From contig CDRNVI010000063.1 in assembly GCA_977017575.1 (NCBI GenBank), positions 558,001-622,000 of the forward strand: DNA of 64,000 nt, given 5' to 3'. Below the pieces are notes generated by a model. It worked only from the letters and a program-made list of their open reading frames with translations. It made no database searches and had not been told where the DNA came from. Origin of the DNA: Paramoeba atlantica (taxonomy: Eukaryota > Protista > Discosea). A program made the position numbers and the translations under genes. Below are positions 48,295 through 60,484 of the stretch, piece after piece. Within the stretch, counting starts at the first letter, position 1. The number at the start of each line of letters is the position of its first letter.

Positions 48295-51200
48295 TATCCT
48301 ATCCTATCCTATCCTATAAGACCGATTTGCATCGGTTAAGAACACATCCGTTTTTGTCGTCGCTTCGACGTCTTTCTCTCAGGTGAATTCGCCCTTTCAT
48401 GCTCCTTGTCCGCTGAACCGGGCGTGGTACGTCTTTCATGCAACTTTGTATTTTTGGCATCACATTCCTCAGGCAAACACTCTTTCTTTTCAGGAGAATC
48501 CACTCCAGTCTCTACAGGTGGCGAGGTACCCTTTTTGGAGAGAGGATCACCTCCTGCAATCTTGAAGTAATCCCGTCTTTTCCCTAATGGCTTAGGTATT
48601 TGGCCACAGTGTTTCCGAGGACGATTCATGGTTTGGACGGTTTCTGAGCTAACCCTTTGAGCTTCTGAGGCACTTGTCGCAGTCTTTCTCCTCTTTATTT
48701 CTGAGGCTGGGACTATTTTTCTCGACCCTGCAAGCGCCAAGGTGTCTGCCTTCTCATTGTAAATGTTCCCGTTGTGGGATTTCACTTTGCACACGTAACA
48801 CCTTTTATCCATCGATTGGAGCGTTCGAATTTCCCGATCCAATTTCTCAAGGATACCCCCATTCGGTAGATTGTTATACCCAATGATTCGCCGTCGTAGA
48901 CGAGTATGATGGAAGAAATTCCATACATAGAACGAATCGGTGTGTATGACAACTGTTTGAGCCTCATTAGGTATCCTTTCCAGCGCTTCCCTCAGCGATT
49001 CAACCTCAGCTCTCTCAGCTGAGCCAGCATCCAATGCTATGGAATAGTATTTGTCTTCTGTTCCACTCATTCTCAGAACTATTCCCGCACCGGATCTTTG
49101 TTCCTTGGACCCCCGCAACTGCCGAACAGAGCCATCAATATACATATGAACCTCACCCTCACTCATGGGGAACGGATCCGAGCCTTCCTCCACAAATTGT
49201 AGCTCATAAGAGCTTTTGCTTTTGACCGCTTGAGTGTGTTTAGTTTTCCACCTTGGAGACCTTAATACCTCATACATCGGAAGTGGTTCAAGTTTCTGCC
49301 TGAGCTCATCGCATAGCTTTTGCCAGTGTAGCCGATCCTGCGAGTAAACAAGCGCCTGCTCCAGAGTGACCCCTAGATCATTAAAACTTGCTTCGCTAGG
49401 AGAAATATTTCTTGTTTTTTCCGTGCTATTCCATTGAACGAGCTCGCGAAACGTAGAGGAGTGCCTGAGCATGTGGCCAACGATTTTCGCACGGGCAACA
49501 CGATGCACGGTCGAAAATCGAGGCGTACCACAATACAAGGACTCTAATGGGTAGCAGTGTCCGAAATCGTCAAGCTTTGCTGAGTTACAAGCGAATCTCC
49601 TCATCATATTTATCTCAACCTCCGTTTTTCGAAGCATTTTGTTAGAAAGAGAAAGACAGGCTGCACCAAACGTTAAAATAGGGTAGACCAAGCAGTCAAA
49701 CAGGCGTATTTTCGTGGCAGCACTCAGAGGAGAAGCCCAAATTCCACTGAGTTTACGAAATGCTGCCCATGTGAGCCTTAGCCTGTCCTTGATGGGGGAT
49801 GATGCTGTAGCATCTTGAAGATGACCAAGATGCCGGTAGGAATCCACAAGAGGAATCTTGCCAAGCGATCCTGCTCGAAGTTCTCGCGTCCCCCCCGGAA
49901 CTTTCCCAAAGGCCATCCACGCAGTCTTGGTTTTCCCCACGGCAATCCTCAGATTAGCTGGTTTTGCCTCATTTGCCGTAGCTTCGATCATTTGCGATAT
50001 TTCATGTTTCGTGGAAGCTAAAAGTGCTATGTCGTCTGCGTAGTCGATGTCCTTTAGTCTAAATTATTGAATTCCCCTGCTTTTCGTCCCGCTGCTCCTT
50101 AGAAGAATCCCGAGCGGCTTGTTATCGAGTGCTTTGTTGAGAATCCTATCGATTACAAGCGCAAAGAGATAAGGAGCAAGCACGTCCCCTTGAAGAATTC
50201 CTGTTTCAATGGGAAAAGAATCCGTATTTCCGTATGGTGTGCGGACTATTCCTTTTAAATTCGTGTACAAGGACATTACCATCCTACTAAGCGCGGGTCC
50301 GACATGAAAGGCATTCAATGCAGCACGGATGGCATGAAACGATACCGAGGGAAATGCTTTTGCGAAGTCCATGAATGCCACTGCAATGCCTTTATTGCCC
50401 CTGGTCGCACGAACTCTCGCATCATTCAAAATGATTTGCGCCCCTGCCGTGGACCTTTCTGGCCGAAAACCAAATTGACTGTCGCGAAGGAGCGGCTCGA
50501 TGGATGGTCTGATTCTTTTCAGGATCATTGCATTCATCAATTTAACCGCACTGTTCACGAGACAGATTGGCCGCCAATTCGCTATTTGTGTCAGGTCGCC
50601 CTTTTTTGGAATAGGCACCTGAAGGACAATTTTCCAGGACGCAGGCGAAACCCCTGTTCGATGAACCTCGTTTATAATATGTAATAAGGATTTTCTCAGC
50701 TCAGCATGCTCTGTGATCATTCTGAGTGCCTCCTCCGGAATTTGGTCTATTCCAGGTGCCTTGTTGCGCGCTAGTCTACTGATGCCGTCCTCGAGCTCTT
50801 CTGCAGTGAAACTTTCATCGTTGATTGGTACTTTCGGGCTGACTACTTTGTCAAATTTTATATCTTTATCTCCGCGATCATCGGACCCCATACGAGCAAA
50901 GAAATCTTTAACAATGTTAAGAGTTTCCCTTGTCGACGAGGTCTCGATGCAAAGAGTCTCCCTGTACAAACCGCAAATTCTACGTAGCGTACGCCACGGA
51001 TTAGAACGGTTTCGCCGCAGACCTGCTTCAATTTCGGCGCATTCCTGCCCAATCTGCGCCTCAATTTCTTCTCCGTGATCTTTTAGCACTTCCTTGAAGT
51101 GGTCCGGTTTTCGACTCTGAAGAAATAAGTCGCGAAACCCTGAGATGCGCGGTGTTTCTGTACCCGGTTGTGTGTTTTCTGTCCCTGTAGGCGCGTTGGT

Positions 51201-52967
51201 CGTTTTTGGGGTTCGGTCCTTTTTTGAGAGTCTTTTCGCTGTATGTACCATATTTTCCGATAAGTGTTCCCATGTGATCTCTTCCTCTTTCTTCGCCATT
51301 TCCCACACTGCTTGCTGGAAGGATGCCTTCTTCTCTTCATCTCCAAGTCTTGGCCAGGGTACCTTGCTTTGCCCCCCTGTACCTTTAGAACGCCACTTGA
51401 TTTTCACATCCGCCATAACGACGCAGTGTACTGTAGGCACTGGCGCCTTGAGTACTTTGTGCCTCCTAATGCTGGAGGCAAAGCGCTCACTGACCATGAT
51501 GTGGTCAAGCTGTCTCCGCACCTTGTTGTCCCCACGCCTTTTGCTACCTCCCTTGTTGCCGACCTCCCCTTTTACGTGCATGCACTCGCAGGCCTTGTCC
51601 CCATTTTCCTCTCCTTCCCTTCCCCTCTTCACCATACCGTTGTTATCCGTCCCCTCTGGCTCTGACCCTTTCCTTCCCATTTCCACCTTTCCTTCTTCCC
51701 CCTTCTGCCCCACCTTCTCTGCTCCTACGTTGCGACGGTCCTTTGTCTCCGCCCTCCTGCCCGGCAGCTCACATGTCCATTTCCTCTTGCTCGGGCAGAG
51801 GGTGTGTGCTGACTTACAGCCAATGGAGCACAAGAGGCCTTTCAGCTGAGAGACCGCTGGGGGATCCATGCTCGGATTCGTCACGAGCGTTATCGGTGCA
51901 TTGAAATCCCCCATGACCAATAAAGGTCTTCGTTTCCGTTCAGCCTTGACCTCACGACACGCCTTGTCCAAGTCACCCAGAAATGCCGCATGAACGGCTT
52001 CTGAGGAGTCCCGTATTGGGGCATAGACATTGAACAAAGTGCCGGTCCCCTCCTCCAGGGGATACTCAGCTCCCATCACCCTGTTGCTCACCATCCAAAC
52101 CTTCCGAAACGCATGCCGGCTCACTATGGCCATGCCATTATATGAATCGCGTGCGGCGGCCGACTGCAAATACAGGTGAAACCTCTCCCCTAGGTTTTCA
52201 ACCTGCCTGTAGAGGATTCCATCCTCATGGCCTTCCTTCGAGAAATTGTATCTGGTCTCCTGTAGGCACATGACACCAACCCCCCTTACCTGTATGAAAG
52301 CAAGCACCTCGTTCAAACGGGTGCATCTTCGAAGAGAGAATTCATCTTCCCCCTCGAGTTTTAACGTCGTAACGTTAAGCGTTGCAACGGTTGTGTCCTC
52401 CTTCACAGCGGAACCTTTGAGGTTCTCCGAATCTCGTTGGGCGTGTGTGCCACGCGACGCCCAGTGTGACCGAGGGCGGTGACGGGAGCTCCTTCGTTTT
52501 GCCCTTGCCGGGTTACTCACCTGCACCGCGCAGAGCACGACACCTGTATTCGGTAAGGGGGGAAAGGGGAGAGTCGTGTGCGGCCTCGCCACGTACCGAA
52601 CACGAAATGTACCGGCCAAAGGTTCACCTCGAGTTACCGAGGATCCCCCCTGAGTATGCCAGCCTACGCTTTTAAGATAAGCCGGCCCCTCACACACGAC
52701 CTCGCCCTCCCAAACAAACAAAGTCTCGCAACAGTTGTGTCTCCACGCGACGCGAAGATGAGCCCCAACGCGGACAAACTTACACAGCTCCCGCACCGCC
52801 CTCTGGCGGAGTTTAGCAGGCCCCTCTCGCTCGGGTGAACGAAAGATGACCCCCCGACCACGCTTGGTCCGTGTAAGGGTTTCAAAAACCTCTGTCCCCT
52901 TACACGTGCCGGAAGCATCCGCCATGTTTTTATAATTAGATTACAAAAAACGATGGTCCCCATATCA
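48295..52967 (-). mobile_element. RTE/RTEX- or Ingi-like LINE (APE-RT-RNase H) with an 18-bp TSD and (ATAGG)5 tail
   Basis: TCGTCCCCGATGAAAGCC at 48277-48294 and 52968-52985. (CCTAT)5 at 48293-48317. Confidence 0.85.
48336..52925 (-). pseudogene. APE-RT-RNase H ORF (~1529 codons) with a single in-frame TAA at 50064-50066
   Basis: APE motifs LNV, LQET, NVYAP, GDFNA, LDH. RT motifs APGIDQ, WRPI, QFGFR, DFAKAF, QGD, then *FRLKDIDYADD. RNase H motifs YIDGS, AE, TDS, H..N..NEKAD. Confidence 0.88.
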
Positions 52968-53373
52968 TCGTCCCCGATGAAAGCCCCAAGGATTTTTGTT
53001 GCTTTGTTTTTGGTAATTACCCCGGCGCTCTCTAATTCTTGTGGTAATGGTTTTTCTTCCAGTCCGCCAAACCAGACACATTTTTTGGGAGCAACTATTA
53101 GATTTTGTTCCTCTAGAAGCGTTTTTAGTCGGGAGAAGGCACTGGCCAATCGCTCGGGGTTTTTTGACGCAATAGTTACATCATCGACATAAGCGTTGAT
53201 TGTGATATCAGGGTGCTCTGCAGACAGAGTTTCAAGGATTGGTTGCAATAGGGCACAGAAATAAACCGATGAAAGTGTGGACCCTTGTCGGACACCATTT
53301 GTGCTTGGAATTGTTCCTACATGTTGACCTTGATTTCCGTAGTATAGCAACTCAGATGCCGTTGCGTATTCAG
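52968..53373 (-). pseudogene. Group-2 element J, middle segment (RT core)
   Basis: EYATASELLYY..GVRQGSTLSS..AYVDD..LGAFIGDD. Confidence 0.85.
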
Positions 53374-53708
53374 TACGTGCGTGTTCAGATGCCGTTGCGT
53401 GTACCAATGCTCTCCGGCGGTGCAATGCACAGCAACACCAAAGCGCTTATCACAACCCTGGCTGATGCATGTGGACTCGAACGGGACTTCGTAGTACAGG
53501 ATTTCACCCTTCGACTACAGGAACTTAACGGTTCAGTGGTGATGTCCCAACTCCGCAAATACATAGCCACAACTCAAGTGGACAATACGGCTTTTTAGGC
53601 ACGTGCGAGTTTTTCGGTAGGCGTTGACTATTGATATAAGAGTTGAAGTTTAGACGACTGAAAGTCTATGAAAAGAAACTGAGATGAATGTTCACAGACA
53701 GTGACACC
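53374..53708 (+). mobile_element. Inverted 5'-truncated group-2 3' end inserted in J (TSD TTCAG)
   Basis: VPMLSGGAMHSNTKAL..QELNG..* at 53598. TTCAG at 53369-53373 and 53709-53713. Confidence 0.72.
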
Positions 53709-56444
53709 TTCAGCATGGAAAAACCTCTGGAAGGGTTTCAATGTAGCAAGACCATATACGGCTTTCGCCAGGGCTGGTCGCGATGGGGAGTTGAAGGCGT
53801 TTTTTACATCTACGGATAGGATGCGCGAGCCGTCGCGATATAGGGAGTTTAGCCGATGTACAATCTTCTCGCAGCCTGACTTAGATAGAACTCCTTGTTG
53901 GAGCGGCGCAAATAGCGGTTGCAGGGTGGGTTCAAATCGCTGAACAAGGACCAAGCCAGAAAGTTTCATTAGGACTTCACCAATTGCGATCGGGCGGATG
54001 CCTCCATCAGGCTTGGGAATACCAATTAACCTTGCTCGTGTTAATCGGCGCATCAGTTCTTTAGTGAGAAATCCATTGATCAGGTCCTGAATCATGTGGC
54101 AAAGACTCCCGCAGCATACAGGGTCATCGATGAGTATGCGTACTATCGTGTCCGTCGTACCAGTTGGTCCGGGGCTAGCTCCTTTGGCGAGGCGCAACCC
54201 AGCAGAGCGGAGTTCAGTAGGGGTGAGTCCGCCTATTAGGGGGGCGTCACATGGAAGATCAAGTTCGTATGGGTTTTGTGGGTGTAAGTCTTGAAGTTTC
54301 TTGAATGTCTCTTCTTCGGATAAGTATTGCTTCTCAATTTTGCGGTCAAGCACTTGAGCTCCTTTCCTGGCATATCCTTCTATCACGAGCCGTGTTGCTC
54401 TTTTAATGGCTCGTTTATCAGAAGCCGTGAGGTCTCCCTTGTTCTCCGAAAGTTCGTCTCCATTGTCTTCTTTTCCATTCGAACGATCCAAAAGTGCTTT
54501 CCCATCTTTCATATTCTGTTGGGCTGAGTCTCGCGCTGTTTCCTCCGGCGGGAATGGTCGCCGACGTCTGTTGCGATTGGATTGTTGTCGAAGTGTAGCT
54601 AAGGATGTTTTCATGGCCGAGAGGACCGCGTGCCAGATTTTATGTCTTTGTGGGTAAGGGCTGTTCGCGTAGTCACTCATTATTTCTCGGTAAGTGACGA
54701 TGACGCCTGGTATTAACTCAGGCCTCATAACTCGTGATGTTGGGATAGGTGCGCGGTCCAGGTCGTCGTCAGTCCAATCAGGGACGGGAAGGGCTGCATT
54801 GGGAATGTGCGGGATCGACTGGTTCAGCTTCGGTGGACAGGTTTCTGGGGGCGGTGGAGTACAGTGCCATATAATTTTGTACACTCTAACCGTTTCTTGT
54901 GGTGGCAGCGTTCCGAAAAATTCTTCATCGATCTTGTGGCCTGCAATACCTTTGTATTGCAAGTTCAATTTGGCGGCACCTTTTCTCCTATTCACGCTGG
55001 TAACTTTGCCAATAGATATATTGATCTGGTCTCGGTTATCGAATGTCCATGCGATGGTGCACATCGCTCCCTTTTTGACATGTTTCGAGGCATTCCACAA
55101 ATGATCGGCGGGAATCGGATAGTGAGACTGCGGTGACATAGACCCAAGCTCAGTGCATATCCGTCCAGAATCGACTTCTTCGTCGAAGCAAATTCTTTCT
55201 AAGTCGTCGTGTCTTGCGTGCGGATCGATCGAGTTGACCTTGTCGGGCTCGTGTCCTCCTTCTGTCGTACCTTCCTGATTTTCGGTGGGTTGAATTATCT
55301 CCCCTATGCTATAATCATCCTCTCTTTCAACCACTCCGGCAGTGTAAAGTTCACCGATCGGTAGTGGGATCGACGGGTTGTTTTCGTTGTCTACCGGAAG
55401 AGGTGCTGGGAGGGGAGGATATTGCGGAGAAAGAGTTCTTGTTTCTGCGTGTCCAGCCTGTGCATTCGAGACGGCGGCCTCTGCCTTGGTGGTGGAAAAG
55501 GGTGGAGGAGATTCGCAATCGTGGAAGTCTCCCGCCGTTTCATTTTCATCCTGCTCCGATTGTGATGCACGCGATGTACATGTAGGTGGTGTTTCATCAT
55601 CGTTGGGAGTCCGATAATCGGGTTTTACAGGCGTGAAATACGTATCAGGTGTATCCCCTTCGGGCGCGTCGGAGAAGATGTCGAAACCTCGCACGTCGTG
55701 AAACCATCCCTCCCCATGATTTGAGTAGCCGTTGACGTATTGTTTTTTTAGTGGGCTTTCATCTCTCTTCAATAAATGAGCTCCGTTGAGGGTTTGAAGT
55801 CCCTTCCAGACTGTTTTCCCGACAAAACCGGCCACTTTCCCGAAGGCCGCCAGCCGATTTGTCTGATTTACCGCTACCCGGTTTGGAGTTACTTTTTCGA
55901 GTCCTTCTTGTGAAGCCTGTTTCGCTGTTATCGCTTTCGCGGCAGCTTCCTGCGCGGCGGCTTCTTTCGCGGCAGCTTCCTTCGTGGCGGTTTCTTTTGC
56001 GACAGCCTCCTGTTCTTTCATTGTATCAAGCAGGTGCTGGAAGGATCTATAACGAGTGCCGCGTCGACGGATGACGATTTTACCGGGCGACGCTTTGCCT
56101 ATTGAAGGGTAAGAGGTTAGGGAGGTGTTCTTTGTTGATACGCTTGTTTCGCAACTCGCGCTGCCTTTCTCCGTTCTGTTGCATGATGGCTCACGCGACT
56201 TCGGGGCCGTGAAATTGATTGACGATTGGTCCGGTCGTTGCGGTGGTGGCTGCAGTGGTGGCTGTGGTGGTGGTGGCGATCGTTGCTGCGGCGGTGGCGA
56301 CTTCTGGGGCGGTGGTGGCGATGGCGGCGGTAGTAGCGTTGGCTTTTCCGCGGGGAGTCTCTTCTTCCGGCGTGTGGGGGGAAGCGACTGGACGACGGGA
56401 GCTACCCCCGTCTCCTTCGCTTTGGCACGCGTGAGCATGCCCAT
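53709..56444 (-). pseudogene. Group-2 element J, 5' segment (Pro-rich N-terminus, beta-rich module, start of RT)
   Basis: ATG at 56444; GASPGPTG, RPIAIG, DVKNAFN, FFHAE. Confidence 0.85.
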
Positions 56445-56556
56445 TTCAAAGAAAAAGAGTAGGAAAGAAAAACAATTTTTGTAAATTATGCAGTCTGACT
56501 TAGCTTCTAATATCGATTAGAAGTTCGGATTCTCTTTTGACCATGGATCTCCAACT

Positions 56557-58686
56557 CTAAATTCCCAACTCTGCGGCACCCTTATCCTTCTCCAGAAAAG
56601 ACCGCAGCTGTGAATGCACAACGGCCCCATTTAACTCTTGCAGGTGGAGCTGAAATTCGAGGTGTACTTGCTTCCGGGGGAGACAGCACGCATCTGCTAG
56701 AGCACTCAGAAGGGACTTCGTGTTGTGGTGAAGCGCCCCCCCTGACAGCATTGGAATGCATCTGAACATGTCCTCAGGAATTGTGCCGGGTCGGACGTAA
56801 GTGTCATGCTTTCGTTTGATGGCATCACGAAACAGCTTTGCACAGTTTGTACCTAGGTTCGATGCCGCTAATTCATGAATTACGGTGAAATCATAAAAAA
56901 TTTCCCCTGTATTCCAAAAAACGACAAGGTCAGGTCCTGATCTTCGAAAAGAACGACCACCGCATACCTTTTCATGCGTCCGCCGGTAATCAGAGTCCAC
57001 TTTCTGGTTACACTGCGTGCACGCAAATGTCGAGAAATTACGCGGTTCTTTTTCGCATGGAATGCCTGCCTTCAAACAGAGCTCGTAAAGAAAATTGACT
57101 AGCGAATTATGTTTTGTAGTTGCGTTTAAGCCTGGGCACTTCGAACACCCGGGGATGTGTGTTAAAATTGTTTGCGATTCTAGTAGCATTTTGCAACCCG
57201 GGCAGAGCAATTGCTTAGGTAGACTCGGATGAGCAATACCCAATCTCGGCATCATTGCAAGCGAGAACAAATGCGAGGGCACAAATTTTGCATTGGACAT
57301 AACCCATTCTGCATTACCCGTGTAACTTACCGCTTCCAGGATGGAGGCACTATTCGCTGTCGATGATGTTAAAGATTCCCACGCCTGCGTATGTAGTTTT
57401 GCCGCTACTGTGTGTTCGTCGAATGGCACGTTTGTGTCCTTGTCGCTGTGGGCGCTGTCGCTTGTGTTTACTTCACGTTGTTCAGTCCGAGCTGAAAGAT
57501 TTTTTGGGCGCTCAAAAACCGAAAACCATGAAGATTCAAAAGCGGCATGTCTCGTTGGAAGGCACGCTGTTAAACCTAACCCGCCTTTCTTCACCGGTAG
57601 CCTGATTTGCGTTATTTGCTCCTTTGTGAGTGATCCGAACCAGGATTGTAGAACGTGTTCCACCTCTTTATCAAAACGTTCTGTCAATGCCTCCGATGCA
57701 TCGGGATGGTGCACCCGCATTTGATATCTTTGTCGGACGTTAACGCATTTTGACAACAATTTCGCAGAAGTATTGTTTAACCCCATGAGTTTCAGACGAC
57801 GGAAAATGTCGTTGTGTTTCTGGAGAGAAGTAAGAAGTTGCTCACTGATCTTAGAGTCCTCCCCAATGAATGCGCCTAAAGTCTTCAATGTGTGTTCCGC
57901 ATTTCTTACCTCTGCATCGCATAACTCTTGAGGCATAGGTACTTTTCCCATCCCTCCAAACCACAAGCATTTGTGCGTTGATACTACGAGGCTAAAGTCT
58001 TTCAACAGGGCTTGGAGCCGGGTAAATGCTTTCGAAAGTTGAACTGCGTCATTTGATACAAGATTAACGTCGTCGACGTAAGCATGGACCTCGGCCAGCC
58101 GACCTCGGCCAGCGACCTCGGCCACCCGATCGTCCTCCGAGATGTCTGATCCTGATGCAGATGAGCTCTCCGATCCTTCGTCATGTGACATGTCCGCTTG
58201 TCCGAGGTTCGCCTTCGTTAGATCAGAGCTACGGAGTATCACTTTTACCTTTTTCGGAGTTTTCTTCAGTCGTGTCTCTTTTCTGATCTTAATTTTCAAG
58301 GATGACTCTCCAGTTTGACTTCTTCGTAGAATTTCATTTCTCCGAACACTGGCAAAAGCGGTTTCCTCGTCTTTCGTGTTGTGGCGGCCGTGGTCTGACG
58401 TTGGGTTTTTCTCGATGCTTTGCGCTTTGTGTTCCATCTTCTTTTGCCAGTTGAGGGGAATATGCTGTGGAATGGGGGTTGTGTACATGAGGTCGTCGTA
58501 CGTGCTAGCGTCTTGGATGAGTTTCTTGTTTGCCTCAAACTGGTCCCATGATCCAATCTCGTGTCTATTCGCTTGTTCCGTAAAGTTCAAGTTGTGCTCC
58601 TTTACGCCAGTGGACCTCACTGCTGCAGTGTTCTGCTGCTGATGCGACGGCGTGCCTTGCGCCGCCCTCGGGGGAGGTTCTGACAT
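56557..58686 (-). CDS. Chimeric or internally deleted ORF L: group-1-type N-terminus fused to the group-2 RT C-half and RLE, 709 aa
   Basis: GSWDQFE..YTTPIP N-terminus; junction with 3x GACCTCGGCCA; AYVDD; RSGPD. RT motifs 0-4 are absent. Confidence 0.7.
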   Translation of the reverse strand: MSEPPPRAAQGTPSHQQQNTAAVRSTGVKEHNLNFTEQANRHEIGSWDQFEANKKLIQDASTYDDLMYTTPIPQHIPLNWQKKMEHKAQSIEKNPTSDHGRHNTKDEETAFASVRRNEILRRSQTGESSLKIKIRKETRLKKTPKKVKVILRSSDLTKANLGQADMSHDEGSESSSASGSDISEDDRVAEVAGRGRLAEVHAYVDDVNLVSNDAVQLSKAFTRLQALLKDFSLVVSTHKCLWFGGMGKVPMPQELCDAEVRNAEHTLKTLGAFIGEDSKISEQLLTSLQKHNDIFRRLKLMGLNNTSAKLLSKCVNVRQRYQMRVHHPDASEALTERFDKEVEHVLQSWFGSLTKEQITQIRLPVKKGGLGLTACLPTRHAAFESSWFSVFERPKNLSARTEQREVNTSDSAHSDKDTNVPFDEHTVAAKLHTQAWESLTSSTANSASILEAVSYTGNAEWVMSNAKFVPSHLFSLAMMPRLGIAHPSLPKQLLCPGCKMLLESQTILTHIPGCSKCPGLNATTKHNSLVNFLYELCLKAGIPCEKEPRNFSTFACTQCNQKVDSDYRRTHEKVCGGRSFRRSGPDLVVFWNTGEIFYDFTVIHELAASNLGTNCAKLFRDAIKRKHDTYVRPGTIPEDMFRCIPMLSGGALHHNTKSLLSALADACCLPRKQVHLEFQLHLQELNGAVVHSQLRSFLEKDKGAAELGI

Positions 58687-58715
58687 AAAAGAAAGAAAAG
58701 CAAAGTAGTAAAAAT

Positions 58716-58731
58716 CAACAAGGTACAGAAA
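58716..58731 (-). other. Partial SL exon (16 nt) at the 5' end of L
   Basis: TTTCTGTACCTTGTTG, 29 nt upstream of the ATG. Confidence 0.7.
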
Positions 58732-58745
58732 AGGTTCTTGTTAGG

Positions 58746-59507
58746 TTTTTTTTTTTTTTTGGACCTGAACCTGGAAATAAACTTCCACAAGTGTGAAATC
58801 TTTATGAGACATGTTCACCTTCCCCCCTTCTCTCAATTTTCAAAGAGAAACTATCCCGAAAATGAAATCTATATAATTTTATAAGCTGACTCAGCTTATA
58901 GTGATATTGTGTTTAGAACTTATATACTATATTCTTGAGTTTGCGTGCAGCCGTCTAAGTATTTCTTTAGCTGCGCATAAATCCCTAATCCATTAAGCTC
59001 CTGAATCGTCAGCTTCATTTCGAGTTCGACCTGTTTCCTGTTTAGCATGGCCGCGTCTGCTAGCGAGTGTACCAAATTCTGCGTATTGCGGTGCAAAGCG
59101 CCTCCTGCCAGTACGGGTAAACATTGAAATGAGTCTTCACGAATTAAGTTCGTACGTACATATGTGTTGGACTTTCGCTGCAGCGCGTCATTCATGAGCT
59201 GTGTGCATTTCTTTCCACGATTAGACATTGAGAGTTCGTGAATAACTGTCAGATCATAGAAGACCGCACCCGTGTTCCAATAGATCACGAGATCGGGGCC
59301 AGACCGACAAAGTTTTTTTCCTGCACAAGTCTTCTGATGTACCAACTGGTTTTCCGGACTGATTGTAGATCGGCAAGCGATGCACTTCCACGTAGAAAAG
59401 TTTCTAGGTTCCGTTTCACATGGGATGCCTGCTTTCACGCATAGACGATGTAAAAATCCGACAAGTGAGTTATGTTTCACGGTCGTATTTATACCTGAAC
59501 ATTGAGC
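58746..59507 (-). mobile_element. 5'-truncated group-2 element M (RLE, 3'UTR, poly(A))
   Basis: ORF 58920..59480 with RSGPD; poly-T at 58746-58760. Its 3'UTR is also copied at about 40290-40370. Confidence 0.8.
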
Positions 59508-59597
59508 ATTTTTTTTTTTTTGTTTTCCGAAAACGAAAGCGTTCTAAAAATATATATATATCTTTCGGAAGGCATTTTTCTGTAGAATTCCGATAGC

Positions 59598-59997
59598 TTT
59601 TTTTTTTTGACGTTATCCCTCCGGGTGTAGATCCTTAAGCTTTTTTTTTTTCGTATTCCTAATTTATCCTCCTACCTTTTCCACTTCTTCCTATTACTAC
59701 CTTATCCACCAAATAAGTCCAGACTCGGACTCGACTCTAATAAGCATACTCATCTTTCGGATCCGGTAAGTAGCTACGCAATTGCGCCTGGACTATCGCT
59801 CCATTCAATTCCTGTTGAAGAAGCACAAAATCATTCAGAATCGCCTTGGGTTCGCGGTAGACCTTTTCCGCCAGGAGCTGTAGTAGAGATTTTGTGTTAT
59901 TGTGGAGAGCCCCGCAGGACAATATAGGGAGGCATTGAAATTGATCATTTCGCAACATAGTTGATTTTACATATTTCGCATGCTTCCGAGCGATGGC
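59598..59997 (-). mobile_element. 5'-truncated copy of the element inserted at 35663-37060
   Basis: Reverse complement of about 36677-37062, followed by poly(A). Confidence 0.85.
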
Positions 59998-60300
59998 GAT
60001 TGAGCACAGCCTGGGATATGGGTGAGGGCGTTTCGGTTATTGAGGAGAATACCGCACCCTGGAAACAATAGACTGGTAGGTAGATCTGGGTGTTGGGCAT
60101 TTAGTCGTGGCATAATCGCGAGTTTGAAGAGATGGGAAGGGATGTACTTCGCGTTGGAAAGGATCCAGTCGCTGTTTCCTTTGAAGGATGTGGCTTGTAG
60201 AATGTGCTTAATGTCGGGATCCGTTTGCAACTCTTTCAATACTTCGACGATGAATGCTGGTGGAAGCTTTTTCGTCCACTGGTATGACTTTCATTGTCGA
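59998..60300 (-). pseudogene. Group-2 fragment (pre-CCHC region)
   Basis: KGNSDWILSNAKYIPSHLF..MPRL..PGC..THIPGC. Confidence 0.75.
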
Positions 60301-60484
60301 GTTCTTAGGAATAGACGGGTGTGATGGCACCGCGTTGTCGATCCGAGCTTTTTTTTTAACCCATCTAACCTAAATTTATTCATTACTAACAAAGGAAAAT
60401 TTTTTTTTTTACCTACCAAATAATTATATTAGGACCAGAATCCAATCAATATCCAAAAGACTCAAGGCGGGCATCCAACATTAG

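Noticed and set aside
50064-50066. In-frame TAA in the LINE ORF, and another at 40583, as evidence of stop-codon reassignment
   Set aside because: TAA is the true terminator of several ORFs here, and five >1200-aa ORFs have no internal stops. The 40583 stop aligns to Gln in homologues (one CAA-to-TAA change), so point mutation is simpler.
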